A DNA stretch of 42,422 bases, taken from IMG/VR virus record IMGVR_UViG_2534682157_000018. The stretch is one strand, 5' to 3'. Source of the DNA: a virus. Its lineage: Duplodnaviria > Heunggongvirae > Uroviricota > Caudoviricetes. Both the position numbers and the translations under genes were made by a program. Position 1 is the first letter of the stretch. The number at the start of each line of letters is the position of its first letter. The notes beneath the pieces were generated by a model. That model was not told where the DNA came from. It ran no database searches and saw only the letters and a program-made list of their open reading frames with translations. Positions 31,102 through 41,186 of this stretch are shown piece by piece.

Positions 31102-31914
31102 TCACTTTTCCGATACAATACGGCGGGAAGAATCCGTAATCTGTCGAACAATATCCCGGTGCTTGTTCAGCTCCCGCAGCGCGGCGCAGACTCGCTCCCA
31201 CTTCTGGACATGACTTTTCGCCCGACGCAATTCGCGGTTTGCCATATGCAGCGATGGTAAAACCAGGTCATCCGCTCGCGTTTCAGTAAACGATGGCAAC
31301 GACTGCACAATATCAGCCACAGTTTCTGTTTTAATATCTTCCTGTGTTGCAGCTTCCTGTACTGGTAACGCAACACCTGCTGGCTGAGGAAAGGCTTTAC
31401 CATCGGTTTCCGCTACCGATTCAACTTTCGGCTCTGCTGGTAAATTATCACCCGGTATGCAGTAACGAAATTTACCGTTCTGATTAATGCGAATCAGACG
31501 ACCTTTGCTGATAGCCATTGCCAGCGTTGAAGCCACTTTGCGTGATGTGGTACCGAACAATGTAGCCAACTCATCAGCCGTTTGTGGTCCGCGTTGTTCA
31601 ATCGTCGCGGTTAAATCGCACTCTGAGATTTTCGCTACTGTTGCTGTGGTGGTTTCTTCCGGCAGTTCTGCCTGCGCTGGCTGTTCCTGCTGAACGTTGT
31701 TATCAGCCACACGCCAGGTGTACGCGCTTTTATCAACAAAACCAGCCTTTTTCAGTTCCCATAGTTCGTTCAGCACTTCTTCACGACTGATATCAAGTCG
31801 CGCAGCAAGTTCTATGGATGTGGCTTTTCCCATTGCTTTCAGTGCGTCAAAAACAGTCTCCATTAAATTTTTCTCCCGGTAAAAATTACTTCGCAATTCC
31901 TGGCTGGACGACAT
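31102..31914 (-). CDS. hypothetical protein with N-terminal winged-HTH-like segment (possible YdaW-like)
   Basis: 270-aa ORF; likely start at internal Met ([30 protein letters not shown]..., about 31863); follows the DnaC-like gene. Confidence 0.4.
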   Translation of the reverse strand: MSSSQELRSNFYREKNLMETVFDALKAMGKATSIELAARLDISREEVLNELWELKKAGFVDKSAYTWRVADNNVQQEQPAQAELPEETTTATVAKISECDLTATIEQRGPQTADELATLFGTTSRKVASTLAMAISKGRLIRINQNGKFRYCIPGDNLPAEPKVESVAETDGKAFPQPAGVALPVQEAATQEDIKTETVADIVQSLPSFTETRADDLVLPSLHMANRELRRAKSHVQKWERVCAALRELNKHRDIVRQITDSSRRIVSEK

Positions 31915-32632
31915 TCGGACGCCAGCTCTCCCAGTTAAAATTCACCCATCGCCCGCCGTTCATGGTCATGCGATCCATAATCCGCTCGCCGAGCAATGTT
32001 TTCATGGCCTCATAGTTCAGGTTTGTCAGCATCCCCACGCTGCGCATCGACGCTGTCCGGCGATCAACAATCTGGTGCAGTACCACCTGCTCGTTTTTCG
32101 TCTCGCGCTGAATGCCAATTTCATCAAGAACCAGCAGATCCACTTCGCACAGTTCCCGCAAAAATTTTTCGCCTGACTGCCCATCGTCATAGCTGGCGTG
32201 CAGGGCACTCATAACATCAGCCACGGTAACCACAATCACTGTCTGACCGTCTTTCAGCAGGTGATTCCCGATAGCTGCCGCTAAGTGGTTCTTCCCGGTA
32301 CCAGGTTTTCCGCTGAACGCAAAATTTGTACACCCGGTCATCAGTTCATCAGCGATGGATTTCGCCTGACTCAACGCGTATCGCTGCCCTTCGTTCTGCA
32401 CCTGGTAATTCGAAAACGAGCATTTGCGGTGCAATGGCTGGATGCCAGAGCGATTCAGAATTTTTTCCACCCGCAACTGACGATTCTGACGGTTGATCTC
32501 CTCACAACGTTTCTGGCCTTCGGAAAGTTGCCACTCGCGCCACTCCGCTACCGTTTTGAATGGGGCGGTTACATGTGGCGGGGCCAGTCTACGGATACGT
32601 TCAAGAATGCCGCCTGCCGCAATATTTTTCAT
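31886..32632 (-). CDS. ydaV: DnaC-like replication protein (helicase loader)
   Basis: 248-aa ORF with [18 protein letters not shown] and DLLVLDEIG motifs; strong similarity to E. coli DnaC from memory. Confidence 0.8.
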   Translation of the reverse strand: MKNIAAGGILERIRRLAPPHVTAPFKTVAEWREWQLSEGQKRCEEINRQNRQLRVEKILNRSGIQPLHRKCSFSNYQVQNEGQRYALSQAKSIADELMTGCTNFAFSGKPGTGKNHLAAAIGNHLLKDGQTVIVVTVADVMSALHASYDDGQSGEKFLRELCEVDLLVLDEIGIQRETKNEQVVLHQIVDRRTASMRSVGMLTNLNYEAMKTLLGERIMDRMTMNGGRWVNFNWESWRPNVVQPGIAK

Positions 32633-32638
32633 GGTCAG

Positions 32639-33444
32639 TTACCCCCTGAAGCCTGGCGGGATCGCACTATCCGGTAACGAGACGGTGTTAACCTGTCGGA
32701 GTAACGTCTCAGGTCGAACACCTTTTGGCGCGAACAAGCCCTGGTATTCATTGGCGATGCTGTGTCGAATCACCTGCTCAGGTGAAAAACCCTGCTGGCG
32801 GAATTTTTCCAGCTCCCGTATCGCCCCGTTAGCACCCTGCTCCGTTCGAATCGGTTTACGCAATGCCTGGCGAAATTCAACCCACTCACGCCAAAGCGAG
32901 ACAGAAATCCAGTTCGGCAAAGCAATATCCAGAGGGTCAAACTTTTTGACACCTCGATTCCCCCGGGGGGGATTTAGGGGGGGATCTTTTTTAGATCTTT
33001 ATCTGTATCTTTATTAGTTGCCTTTGTGTTGACATCATGTTCAAACACCACTTCAACATCTGTTTGAACACCTGTTAAATTTCTCTCTTGTTTTGTTTGA
33101 ACATCTGCTTCCTTTCTGCTTCTTCTGGCCTGAACAGATGCTTTTCCTGCGGCTGATTTTTTGGTTAATTTTTCCCTGACTGATGCCAGATCTTCCTCAA
33201 TCCGAAGATGCACCCATTCCTCGCCGTTATCGCAAAAAAACTCCTGCAAGGATGGTTCAACATCAGCCCATCGCTCGTTAGTCAGACGGGCAATTTTTGC
33301 CAGCCTGTTTTTAGGTATTGGCTTTCCTGTTTGCCAGTAATTGAACATCAGCAACAAATACGCACCATGCTCCTCTGCTGACAAATGCATGGTGTCAGCC
33401 AGGTAATCAGCTATGTACAGTTGCATGTATGGTAATGCGGCCAT
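32639..33444 (-). pseudogene. ydaU: replication initiation protein (YdaU/DUF1376-like N-domain + DnaT-like C-domain), read in two frames
   Basis: N-part 32974..33495 (likely start MAALPYMQLYIADYL at about 33444) and C-part 32639..32920; C-part frame is open upstream across the N-part stop; junction lies in a C5/G7/G7/T6 tract (32960-32992). Confidence 0.5.
33038..33107. repeat. three copies of a 10-bp element TGTTTGAACA / TGTTCAAACA inside the replication gene (iteron-like)
   Basis: TGTTCAAACA at about 33038, TGTTTGAACA at about 33062 and 33098. Confidence 0.3.
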
Positions 33445-33517
33445 AATTGCCCCGTATGATGCTGCCCGGTTGCTTAGAATAAGCACAAACAGCATGGAAA
33501 CTTTTGCTTAATGAACA

Positions 33518-33929
33518 ATGACAGAATCGTCGGAAGACCCGCCGCCGCTGAAATGCGCTTTCCGGTAAACGGCCTGGACTGCATCATCATGCGCATCAAT
33601 TGCCGTACTTAACGCTTCCTGCGCCGCCAGTAATGCACGGCGTTCCAGGGTATCGAAGATGCAGAGTCGGTGACGCAGCTCGCGCGGAAGGATTGCCAGA
33701 ACCGCAGGGATCAGTTTCTGAATTTTTCCCTTTGCGCTTTCGTTTCACCTTTCAACCAACGGTGATAGATATTCTGCTGATTGTTCCAGTCCTTGCCTGG
33801 TACCAGGGGCAATTCGCCGCCCCCCTGGCGCAGATATTCTTCAGTAATGGCATTGGCTACCCATGCCTGCCCTTTTTCAGCAGCCAGGGCTAACAACACT
33901 GATTCGATGTGCTCATGCTTGATTTTCAT
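33518..33929 (-). pseudogene. ydaT: YdaT-like protein, frame-interrupted
   Basis: N-part MKIKHEHIESVLLALAAEKGQAWVANAITEEYLRQGGGELPLVPGKDWNNQQNIYHRWLKGE matches K-12 YdaT from memory; after a T5 run (33723-33727) the -1 frame continues ...QKLIPAVLAI... as in my recalled YdaT; stop at about 33518. Confidence 0.7.
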
Positions 33930-34180
33930 GAATCAACTCCCATCAGCTTTTTCGTAGTAGTTTTATTTTTGCCAATAGTTAAAATTGCATCGGCAGAAAA
34001 TAATCCGTTTGATGCATGAGCGATTTTTTCAGCGTAATTTGTTTCGCCGGTATATTCTGTGCGAGGCAATTTTCCGTTATCCATCCATTTGTAGATTGCT
34101 CTTTGGCTGACACCACAAACGTCGGCCACAACAGAAACGCGAACAGTTTTGATTACATCTTCAAGTGTTTTCTGGTTCAT
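33926..34180 (-). CDS. ydaS: Cro/YdaS-like HTH regulator
   Basis: Start at internal Met (MNQKTLEDVIKTVRVSVVADVCGVSQRAIYKWM...) with GAGGGTGA RBS; HTH motif; divergent from repressor gene; ATGA coupling to ydaT. Confidence 0.6.
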   Translation of the reverse strand: MNQKTLEDVIKTVRVSVVADVCGVSQRAIYKWMDNGKLPRTEYTGETNYAEKIAHASNGLFSADAILTIGKNKTTTKKLMGVDS

Positions 34181-34259
34181 ATCACCCTCACAATGTGAAC
34201 TTTGAGTACATGCTATAACAGAACTGACAGTACATTCAAGAGCGAATATCATTGAACTT

Positions 34260-34679
34260 ATGGTTCATGAAGATAAAGCGCGTAAAGAGTTCGCCAGTAG
34301 GCTTGCGCTAGCCTGTGAAAACGCTGGTTATGAACAACATGGAAGGCAGGCAGAAATTGCCCGTCGAATGAAATTAACACCAAAAGCGGTTAGCAAATGG
34401 TTTAATGGCGAAACAATTCCTCGCCGAGAGAAATTAAGGGAATTAGCAACACTCATTGGAACAACACCAACCTATCTTTTGGGAGAGGATACAGAAGAAA
34501 GTGGACAGGTACGTTTCTATCAGGAGTTAAATCCAAGACAAAAAATCATCATTGACCTTCTGGACGAGCTCCCTGACAGTGAGACAGATGAACTTTTAAA
34601 AACTCTTGAGGAGAAAAAACAGAAGTACAATGCAATTTACGAAGAGTTAGCACGAAAGAAAAAACAAAAAGCCTCTTAA
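34260..34679 (+). CDS. racR: prophage repressor (XRE-family HTH), RacR-like
   Basis: 139-aa ORF with HTH QAEIARRMKLTPKAVSKWFNG; divergent to ydaS-ydaT. Confidence 0.65.
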   Translation: MVHEDKARKEFASRLALACENAGYEQHGRQAEIARRMKLTPKAVSKWFNGETIPRREKLRELATLIGTTPTYLLGEDTEESGQVRFYQELNPRQKIIIDLLDELPDSETDELLKTLEEKKQKYNAIYEELARKKKQKAS

Positions 34680-34966
34680 ACCAGCATAAATCCGGTAGCG
34701 TCCCCCTCCGGGTTTGTGCTTCACTTTATCCCATCTCATTTTTTTACACACAGAATGTACTTAAAGTACTTTACAACAATGAACACAAAGTACATTATAT
34801 ACCTACCAACCCACCCCGCCCCACAGAACGCAGGGCAATACTTCGAGTTACCAGGCAGTGGTCAGGGGTTAAGTAGCCAGCCCGAGGCGTATGAACATGA
34901 CGGCGGGATTCAAATTTTGCAGTGCAGCAGTTAGTTCCGCCACCCGGCGTTAAGGGGAGAGATAAG

Positions 34967-35101
34967 ATGGTGCATTACGAAGTAGTTCAGTATTTGATGG
35001 ATTGTTGCGGTATCACTTACAACCAGGCTGTGCAGGCTTTACGCAGCAACGACTGGGATCTCTGGCAGGCAGAAGTCGCTATACGTAGCAACAAGATGTG
35101 A
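34967..35101 (+). CDS. ydaG: small protein (44 aa), YdaG-like
   Basis: ATG with AGGGGAGAG RBS; MVHYEVVQYLMDCCGITYNQAVQALRSNDWDLWQAEVAIRSNKM; below ORF-track cutoff. Confidence 0.45.
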   Translation: MVHYEVVQYLMDCCGITYNQAVQALRSNDWDLWQAEVAIRSNKM

Positions 35102-35111
35102 GATTCGCAAA

Positions 35112-35267
35112 ATGCAAAAAATCGACCTCGGCAACAACGAATCCCTGGTGTGCGGCGTGTTCCCCAACCAGGATGGAACGTTCACTGCCATGACGTATAC
35201 CAAAAGCAAAACATTTAAAACCGAAACTGGTGCGCGCCGATGGTTGGAGAAGCACACAGTAAGCTAA
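35112..35267 (+). CDS. ydaF: small protein (51 aa), YdaF-like
   Basis: MQKIDLGNNESLVCGVFPNQDGTFTAMTYTKSKTFKTETGARRWLEKHTVS; 3' end overlaps the sieB stop convergently. Confidence 0.45.
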   Translation: MQKIDLGNNESLVCGVFPNQDGTFTAMTYTKSKTFKTETGARRWLEKHTVS

Positions 35268-35752
35268 CGATTAAAACGTCTACTCCTGCTGTTCCAGAAT
35301 AACTTCATAAAATGGGAGTATTTTTCGGTGACGAGATAATAAGAACAGTTTGCGCTATCACTCTGATGTTGAATGATGCCCTTCCGTTCTAATTTTTTCA
35401 TAACCGGGTTACGGCAAGGAGAAGTGATAATAAGATTTCCTGTTTTAAGGAAATCTTTAAATACAGCGATTTCTTTCTCAGATAAACGAAGCAATACTCG
35501 TTGCTCTGGTAGTAATGAATAATGCTTTTGAATATGTGCTCGCAATCTTGAGAAGGAAATGGCGACCACGAAAGAAAAGGCAAAAACGATAATCTGAAAG
35601 AGCCAAGGTATTTCAGTATAAGCATTGAATGCGACAGTAAACTCTTTCGGTATCAGCCAGAGAGTGAGACCAAAAATGATAATCGTATACATAAGTCTTT
35701 CGAGTGGCTCGTTAGCAAAAAGTTTCAACAATGGAGTAAATACATCCAACAT
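35264..35752 (-). CDS. sieB: superinfection exclusion protein B
   Basis: From internal Met: MLDVFTPLLKLFANEPLERLMYTIIIFGLTLWLIPKEF... matches SieB from memory; two TM segments. Confidence 0.8.
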   Translation of the reverse strand: MLDVFTPLLKLFANEPLERLMYTIIIFGLTLWLIPKEFTVAFNAYTEIPWLFQIIVFAFSFVVAISFSRLRAHIQKHYSLLPEQRVLLRLSEKEIAVFKDFLKTGNLIITSPCRNPVMKKLERKGIIQHQSDSANCSYYLVTEKYSHFMKLFWNSRSRRFNR

Positions 35753-36192
35753 ATCAATAACTCTCAACTGTAAGGGTATTGAAATGTTAACACAAGCTCT
35801 CGCTGTAGGGGTATAGCCGAGACCACCGAAGCCCGGAGGTGGTGAAATAAAACCGGGCACAACACGAAGGCGCATTTCCGATATCCATAAAGAGTCGGTC
35901 TTGTCTGTTAAATTTAAATGGTGGGAGTGCGCCTCCGGTTGTAAATAACGACATTGCTGTGTGTAGTCCTGGCGGCATCAGTTTTTTCTTGAAGTTCGGC
36001 TGATGTCCGCCCTTTTTAAAGTGAATTTTGTGATGCGGTGAATGCGGCTAAGCGCACGTGGCACAGTTAAAAGTCATGTTAGTCCTTATTGGTTTGGGTG
36101 GGAAAGCCGACTGTAATTGTTAACTGGTTGCAGTCACCTGGAGGCACCAGGCACCGCATCAACAAAGTTCATTTGTAAAAATGGAGATAATT

Positions 36193-36414
36193 ATGATTGC
36201 ACATCACTTCGGAACTGATGAAATACCACGTCAGTGTGTGACTCCTGGCGATTATGTTCTTCATGAAGGCCGGACATATATTGCCTCGGCAAACAATATT
36301 AAAAAGCGAAAACTATATATTCGTAACCTGACCACAAAAACATGCATTACTGACCGCATGATTAAAGTCTTCCTCGGTCGTGATGGTTTACCTGTAAAGG
36401 CGGAGTCATGGTGA
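36193..36414 (+). CDS. kilR: cell division inhibitor KilR
   Basis: [49 protein letters not shown]... matches Rac KilR from memory. Confidence 0.8.
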   Translation: MIAHHFGTDEIPRQCVTPGDYVLHEGRTYIASANNIKKRKLYIRNLTTKTCITDRMIKVFLGRDGLPVKAESW

Positions 36415-36584
36415 TGACTAAGAAAATAAAATGTGCTTACCACCTTTGCAAAAAAGACGTTGAAGAAAGCAAAGCTATTGAAAGAATGCTTCACTTCATG
36501 CACGGGATTTTATCAAAAGACGAACCGAGAAAATATTGCAGTGAAGCTTGTGCCGAAAAAGACCAGATGGCACATGAACTTTAA
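36414..36584 (+). CDS. ydaE: small Cys-rich zinc-binding-like protein, YdaE-like
   Basis: 56-aa [59 protein letters not shown]; TGATG overlap with kilR stop. Confidence 0.5.
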   Translation: MTKKIKCAYHLCKKDVEESKAIERMLHFMHGILSKDEPRKYCSEACAEKDQMAHEL

Positions 36585-36658
36585 TTAATTGACTATTCGA
36601 AACTGAATTTATGCCAGAAATGGCAGGTATTCGCTCAACCTTAATTAAGGAGAAAAAC

Positions 36659-36934
36659 ATGATTACCAATTATGAAGCCACTGTTGTAACTACCGATGAC
36701 ATTGTTCACGAGGTGAATCTGGAAGGAAAGCGCATTGGCTACGTAATTAAAACAGAAAATAAAGAAACCCCATTCACTGTGGTTGATATCGATGGTCCAT
36801 CAGGCAACGTAAAAACACTTGATGAAGGTGTCAAAAAAATGTGCCTAGTGCATATCGGAAAGAATCTGCCCGCAGAAAAAAAAGCCGAATTTCTGGCAAC
36901 TCTAATTGCAATGAAATTAAAAGGTGAAATCTGA
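36659..36934 (+). CDS. racC: RacC-like protein
   Basis: From internal Met MITNYEATVVTTDDIVHEVNLEGKR...; AAGGAG RBS. Confidence 0.65.
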   Translation: MITNYEATVVTTDDIVHEVNLEGKRIGYVIKTENKETPFTVVDIDGPSGNVKTLDEGVKKMCLVHIGKNLPAEKKAEFLATLIAMKLKGEI

Positions 36935-37035
36935 AAGAAATAGCCTGCGTATGGCGCAGGCTATGAACAGTGTGTATCCGGCAAGATCATTCACTGAACA
37001 AAACGAATTTTAATCTGAGTTGAGGTTAAAAAACA

Positions 37036-39636
37036 ATGAGCACAAAACCACTCTTCCTGTTACGGAAAGCGAAAAAATCATCCGGTGAACCTGACGTCGT
37101 CCTGTGGGCAAGCAACGATTTTGAATCGACCTGTGCCACTCTGGACTACCTGATCGTTAAGTCAGGTAAAAAACTGAGCAGCTATTTTAAAGCTGTTGCC
37201 ACGAATTTTCCTGTCGTTAATGACCTGCCCGCTGAAGGTGAGATCGATTTTACCTGGAGTGAACGCTATCAACTCAGCAAAGACTCTATGACATGGGAAC
37301 TAAAACCGGGAGCAGCACCAGACAACGCTCACTATCAAGGCAATACCAACGTCAACGGCGAAGACATGACTGAGATTGAGGAGAATATGCTACTCCCAAT
37401 TTCTGGCCAGGAACTGCCCATTCGTTGGCTTGCTCAACACGGCAGCGAAAAACCGGTAACGCACGTTTCACGCGACGGACTCCAGGCATTACACATTGCT
37501 CGGGCTGAAGAACTACCGGCTGTTACTGCCCTGGCTGTTTCCCACAAAACCAGCCTGCTCGACCCGCTGGAAATTCGCGAACTCCACAAACTGGTTCGTG
37601 ACACTGACAAAGTTTTCCCTAATCCTGGTAATTCAAACCTGGGACTGATAACTGCTTTTTTCGAAGCATACCTGAACGCTGACTACACCGATCGAGGACT
37701 GCTGACAAAAGAGTGGATGAAGGGTAATCGTGTTTCACACATCACTCGCACGGCTTCCGGTGCTAATGCTGGCGGCGGAAACCTCACCGATCGCGGCGAA
37801 GGTTTCGTACACGATCTGACGTCACTGGCGCGCGACGTAGCCACTGGCGTACTGGCCCGTTCAATGGATCTGGACATCTATAACCTTCATCCGGCACACG
37901 CTAAACGCATTGAGGAAATTATCGCTGAAAATAAACCGCCCTTTTCTGTTTTCCGCGACAAATTCATCACCATGCCTGGCGGGCTGGATTATTCCCGCGC
38001 CATCGTGGTTGCGTCCGTAAAAGAAGCACCAATTGGGATCGAGGTCATCCCCGCGCACGTCACTGAATATCTGAACAAAGTACTGACTGAAACCGATCAT
38101 GCCAACCCTGATCCGGAAATCGTGGATATTGCCTGCGGTCGCTCCTCTGCCCCGATGCCGCAGCGAGTAACAGAAGAAGGAAAACAGGATGATGAAGAAA
38201 AACCGCAACCATCTGGAACAACGGCAGTTGAACAGGGAGAGGCTGAAACAATGGAACCGGACGCGACTGAACATCATCAGGACACGCAGCCGCTGGATGC
38301 TCAGTCACAGGTAAATTCTGTTGATGCGAAATATCAGGAACTGCGGGCAGAACTCCATGAAGCCCGGAAAAACATTCCATCAAAAAATCCTGTCGATGCC
38401 GATAAATTGCTTGCTGCATCACGTGGTGAATTTGTTGACGGAATTAGCGACCCGAACGATCCGAAATGGGTAAAGGGGATCCAGACTCGCGATTGTGTGT
38501 ACCAGAACCAGCCAGAAACGGAAAAAACCAGCCCGGATATGAATCAACCTGAGCCAGTAGTGCAACAGGAACCGGAAATAGCCTGCAATGCCTGCGGCCA
38601 GACTGGCGGGGATAACTGCCCTGACTGTGGTGCGGTGATGGGCGACGCAACATACCAGGAAACATTCGATGAAGAGAGTCAGGTTGAAGCTAAGGAAAAT
38701 GATCCGGAGGAAATGGAAGGCGCTGAACATCCGCACAATGAGAATGCTGGCAGCGATCCGCATCGCGATTGCAGTGATGAAACTGGCGAAGTCGCAGATC
38801 CCGTAATCGTAGAAGACATAGAGCCAGGTATTTATTACGGAATTTCGAATGAGAATTACCACGCGGGTCCCGGTATCAGTAAGTCTCAGCTCGATGACAT
38901 TGCTGATACTCCGGCACTATATTTGTGGCGTAAAAATGCCCCCGTGGACACCACAAAGACAAAAACGCTCGATTTAGGAACTGCTTTCCACTGCCGGGTA
39001 CTTGAACCGGAAGAATTCAGTAACCGCTTTATCGTAGCACCTGAATTTAACCGCCGTACAAACGCCGGAAAAGAAGAAGAGAAAGCGTTTCTGATGGAAT
39101 GCGCAAGCACAGGAAAAACGGTTATCACTGCGGAAGAAGGCCGGAAAATTGAACTCATGTATCAAAGCGTTATGGCTTTGCCGCTGGGGCAATGGCTTGT
39201 TGAAAGCGCCGGACACGCTGAATCATCAATTTACTGGGAAGATCCTGAAACAGGAATTTTGTGTCGGTGCCGTCCGGACAAAATTATCCCTGAATTTCAC
39301 TGGATCATGGACGTGAAAACTACGGCGGATATTCAACGATTCAAAACCGCTTATTACGACTACCGCTATCACGTTCAGGATGCATTCTACAGTGACGGTT
39401 ATGAAGCACAGTTTGGAGTGCAGCCAACTTTCGTTTTTCTGGTTGCCAGCACAACTATTGAATGCGGACGTTATCCGGTTGAAATTTTCATGATGGGCGA
39501 AGAAGCAAAACTGGCAGGTCAACAGGAATATCACCGCAATCTGCGAACCCTGTCTGACTGCCTGAATACCGATGAATGGCCAGCTATTAAGACATTATCA
39601 CTGCCCCGCTGGGCTAAGGAATATGCAAATGACTAA
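37036..39636 (+). CDS. recE: exodeoxyribonuclease VIII (RecE)
   Basis: 866-aa intact ORF, matching E. coli RecE in length and N-terminus ([29 protein letters not shown]...) from memory. Confidence 0.9.
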   Translation: MSTKPLFLLRKAKKSSGEPDVVLWASNDFESTCATLDYLIVKSGKKLSSYFKAVATNFPVVNDLPAEGEIDFTWSERYQLSKDSMTWELKPGAAPDNAHYQGNTNVNGEDMTEIEENMLLPISGQELPIRWLAQHGSEKPVTHVSRDGLQALHIARAEELPAVTALAVSHKTSLLDPLEIRELHKLVRDTDKVFPNPGNSNLGLITAFFEAYLNADYTDRGLLTKEWMKGNRVSHITRTASGANAGGGNLTDRGEGFVHDLTSLARDVATGVLARSMDLDIYNLHPAHAKRIEEIIAENKPPFSVFRDKFITMPGGLDYSRAIVVASVKEAPIGIEVIPAHVTEYLNKVLTETDHANPDPEIVDIACGRSSAPMPQRVTEEGKQDDEEKPQPSGTTAVEQGEAETMEPDATEHHQDTQPLDAQSQVNSVDAKYQELRAELHEARKNIPSKNPVDADKLLAASRGEFVDGISDPNDPKWVKGIQTRDCVYQNQPETEKTSPDMNQPEPVVQQEPEIACNACGQTGGDNCPDCGAVMGDATYQETFDEESQVEAKENDPEEMEGAEHPHNENAGSDPHRDCSDETGEVADPVIVEDIEPGIYYGISNENYHAGPGISKSQLDDIADTPALYLWRKNAPVDTTKTKTLDLGTAFHCRVLEPEEFSNRFIVAPEFNRRTNAGKEEEKAFLMECASTGKTVITAEEGRKIELMYQSVMALPLGQWLVESAGHAESSIYWEDPETGILCRCRPDKIIPEFHWIMDVKTTADIQRFKTAYYDYRYHVQDAFYSDGYEAQFGVQPTFVFLVASTTIECGRYPVEIFMMGEEAKLAGQQEYHRNLRTLSDCLNTDEWPAIKTLSLPRWAKEYAND

Positions 39637-40438
39637 GCAACCACCAATCGCAAAAGCCGATCTGCAAAAAACTCAGGGAAACCGTGCACCAGCAGCAGTT
39701 AAAAATAGCGACGTGATTAGTTTTATTAACCAGCCATCAATGAAAGAGCAACTGGCAGCAGCTCTTCCACGCCATATGACGGCTGAACGTATGATCCGTA
39801 TCGCCACCACAGAAATTCGTAAAGTTCCGGCGTTAGGAAACTGTGACACTATGAGTTTTGTCAGTGCAATCGTACAGTGTTCACAGCTCGGACTTGAGCC
39901 AAGTAGCGCCCTCGGTCATGCATATTTACTGCCTTTTGGTAATAAAAACGAAAAGAGCGGTAAAAAAAACGTTCAGCTAATCATTGGCTATCGCGGCATG
40001 ATTGATCTGGCTCGCCGTTCAGGTCAAATCGCCAGCCTGTCAGCCCGTGTTGTCCGTGAAGGTGACGAATTTAATTTCGAATTTGGCCTTGATGAAAAGT
40101 TAATACACCGCCCAGGAGAAAACGAAGATGCCCCGGTTACCCACGTCTATGCTGTCGCAAGACTGAAAGACGGAGGTACTCAGTTTGAAGTTATGACGCG
40201 CAGACAGATTGAGCTGGTGCGCAGCCAGAGTAAAGCTGGTAATAACGGGCCGTGGGTAACTCACTGGGAAGAAATGGCAAAGAAAACAGCTATTCGTCGC
40301 CTGTTCAAATATCTGCCCGTATCAATTGAGATCCAGCGTGCAGTATCAATGGATGAAAAGGAACCACTGACAATCGATCCTGCAGATTCCTCTGTATTAA
40401 CCGGGGAATACAGTGTAATCGATAATTCAGAGGAATAA
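39629..40438 (+). CDS. recT: recombinase RecT
   Basis: From internal Met [16 protein letters not shown]..., 269 aa; ATGA coupling with recE stop. Confidence 0.9.
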   Translation: MTKQPPIAKADLQKTQGNRAPAAVKNSDVISFINQPSMKEQLAAALPRHMTAERMIRIATTEIRKVPALGNCDTMSFVSAIVQCSQLGLEPSSALGHAYLLPFGNKNEKSGKKNVQLIIGYRGMIDLARRSGQIASLSARVVREGDEFNFEFGLDEKLIHRPGENEDAPVTHVYAVARLKDGGTQFEVMTRRQIELVRSQSKAGNNGPWVTHWEEMAKKTAIRRLFKYLPVSIEIQRAVSMDEKEPLTIDPADSSVLTGEYSVIDNSEE

Positions 40439-40494
40439 TTCAGTCTGGCGGTGTAATGCACCGCCAACTTGAAATATTTTTTATGAGAAAAATT

Positions 40495-40689
40495 ATGAGA
40501 TATGACAATGTTAAACCATGTCCATTTTGTGGTTGTCCATCAGTAACGGTGAAAGCCATTTCAGGATATTACCGAGCGAAGTGTAACGGATGCGAATCCC
40601 GAACCGGTTATGGTGGAAGTGAAAAAGAAGCACTCGAAAGATGGAATAAACGAACCACTGGAAATAATAATGGAGGTGTTCATGTATAA
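40495..40689 (+). CDS. lar: restriction alleviation protein Lar (RalR)
   Basis: MRYDNVKPCPFCGCPSVTVKAISGYYRAKCNGCESRTGYGGSEKEALERWNKR..., 64 aa, Cys4 zinc-ribbon. Confidence 0.8.
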   Translation: MRYDNVKPCPFCGCPSVTVKAISGYYRAKCNGCESRTGYGGSEKEALERWNKRTTGNNNGGVHV

Positions 40690-40870
40690 AATTACCGCCA
40701 CTATTGAAAAGGAAGGTGGCACTCCTACTAACTGGACAAGATATTCAAAATCTAAACTAACGAAATCAGAATGCGAAAAAATGCTCTCAGGTAAAAAAGA
40801 AGCAGCCGTTTCCAGAGAGCAGAAAGTAAAACTGATAAATTTTAATTGCGAGAGACTTCAGTCCTCGTGA
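40682..40870 (+). CDS. ydaC: small protein YdaC-like
   Basis: From internal Met MYKITATIEKEGGTPTNWTRYSKSKLTKSECEKML...; overlaps lar stop. Confidence 0.5.
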   Translation: MYKITATIEKEGGTPTNWTRYSKSKLTKSECEKMLSGKKEAAVSREQKVKLINFNCERLQSS

Positions 40871-40969
40871 ATTGCATTGTATTCAAATTAAAACTTCATA
40901 GCTGATTATTAATAATCAACATCGGGCGTCAATTTCAGTCTAACATTGGCGCCTGCCAGAGGTGATGCG

Positions 40970-41185
40970 ATGGCACAAGTAATCTTTAATGAAGAGTGGA
41001 TGGTTGAATACGGCCTGATGCTTCGCACTGGTCTGGGGGCCAGACAAATTGAAGCATACCGCCAGAACTGTTGGGTGGAAGGCTTCCACTTCAAACGAGT
41101 ATCTCCTTTAGGTAAGCCAGACAGCAAACGAGGGATTATCTGGTACAACTATCCAAAGATAAATCAGTTTATCAAAGACTCATGA
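40970..41185 (+). CDS. xisR: excisionase-like protein (YdaQ/XisR)
   Basis: From internal Met [44 protein letters not shown]...; directly upstream of integrase. Confidence 0.6.
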   Translation: MAQVIFNEEWMVEYGLMLRTGLGARQIEAYRQNCWVEGFHFKRVSPLGKPDSKRGIIWYNYPKINQFIKDS

Positions 41186-41186
41186 T

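Noticed and set aside
35039-35257. Minus-strand 72-aa ORF
   Set aside because: It overlaps the two plus-strand small genes (YdaG-like, YdaF-like), which have RBSs and recognisable products; the minus-strand translation looks like a shadow frame.
37683-39534. Several minus-strand ORFs (37683..37877, 37861..38277, 38060..38422, 38419..38862, 38886..39158, 39226..39534)
   Set aside because: All lie antisense within the intact 866-codon recE gene; shadow ORFs.
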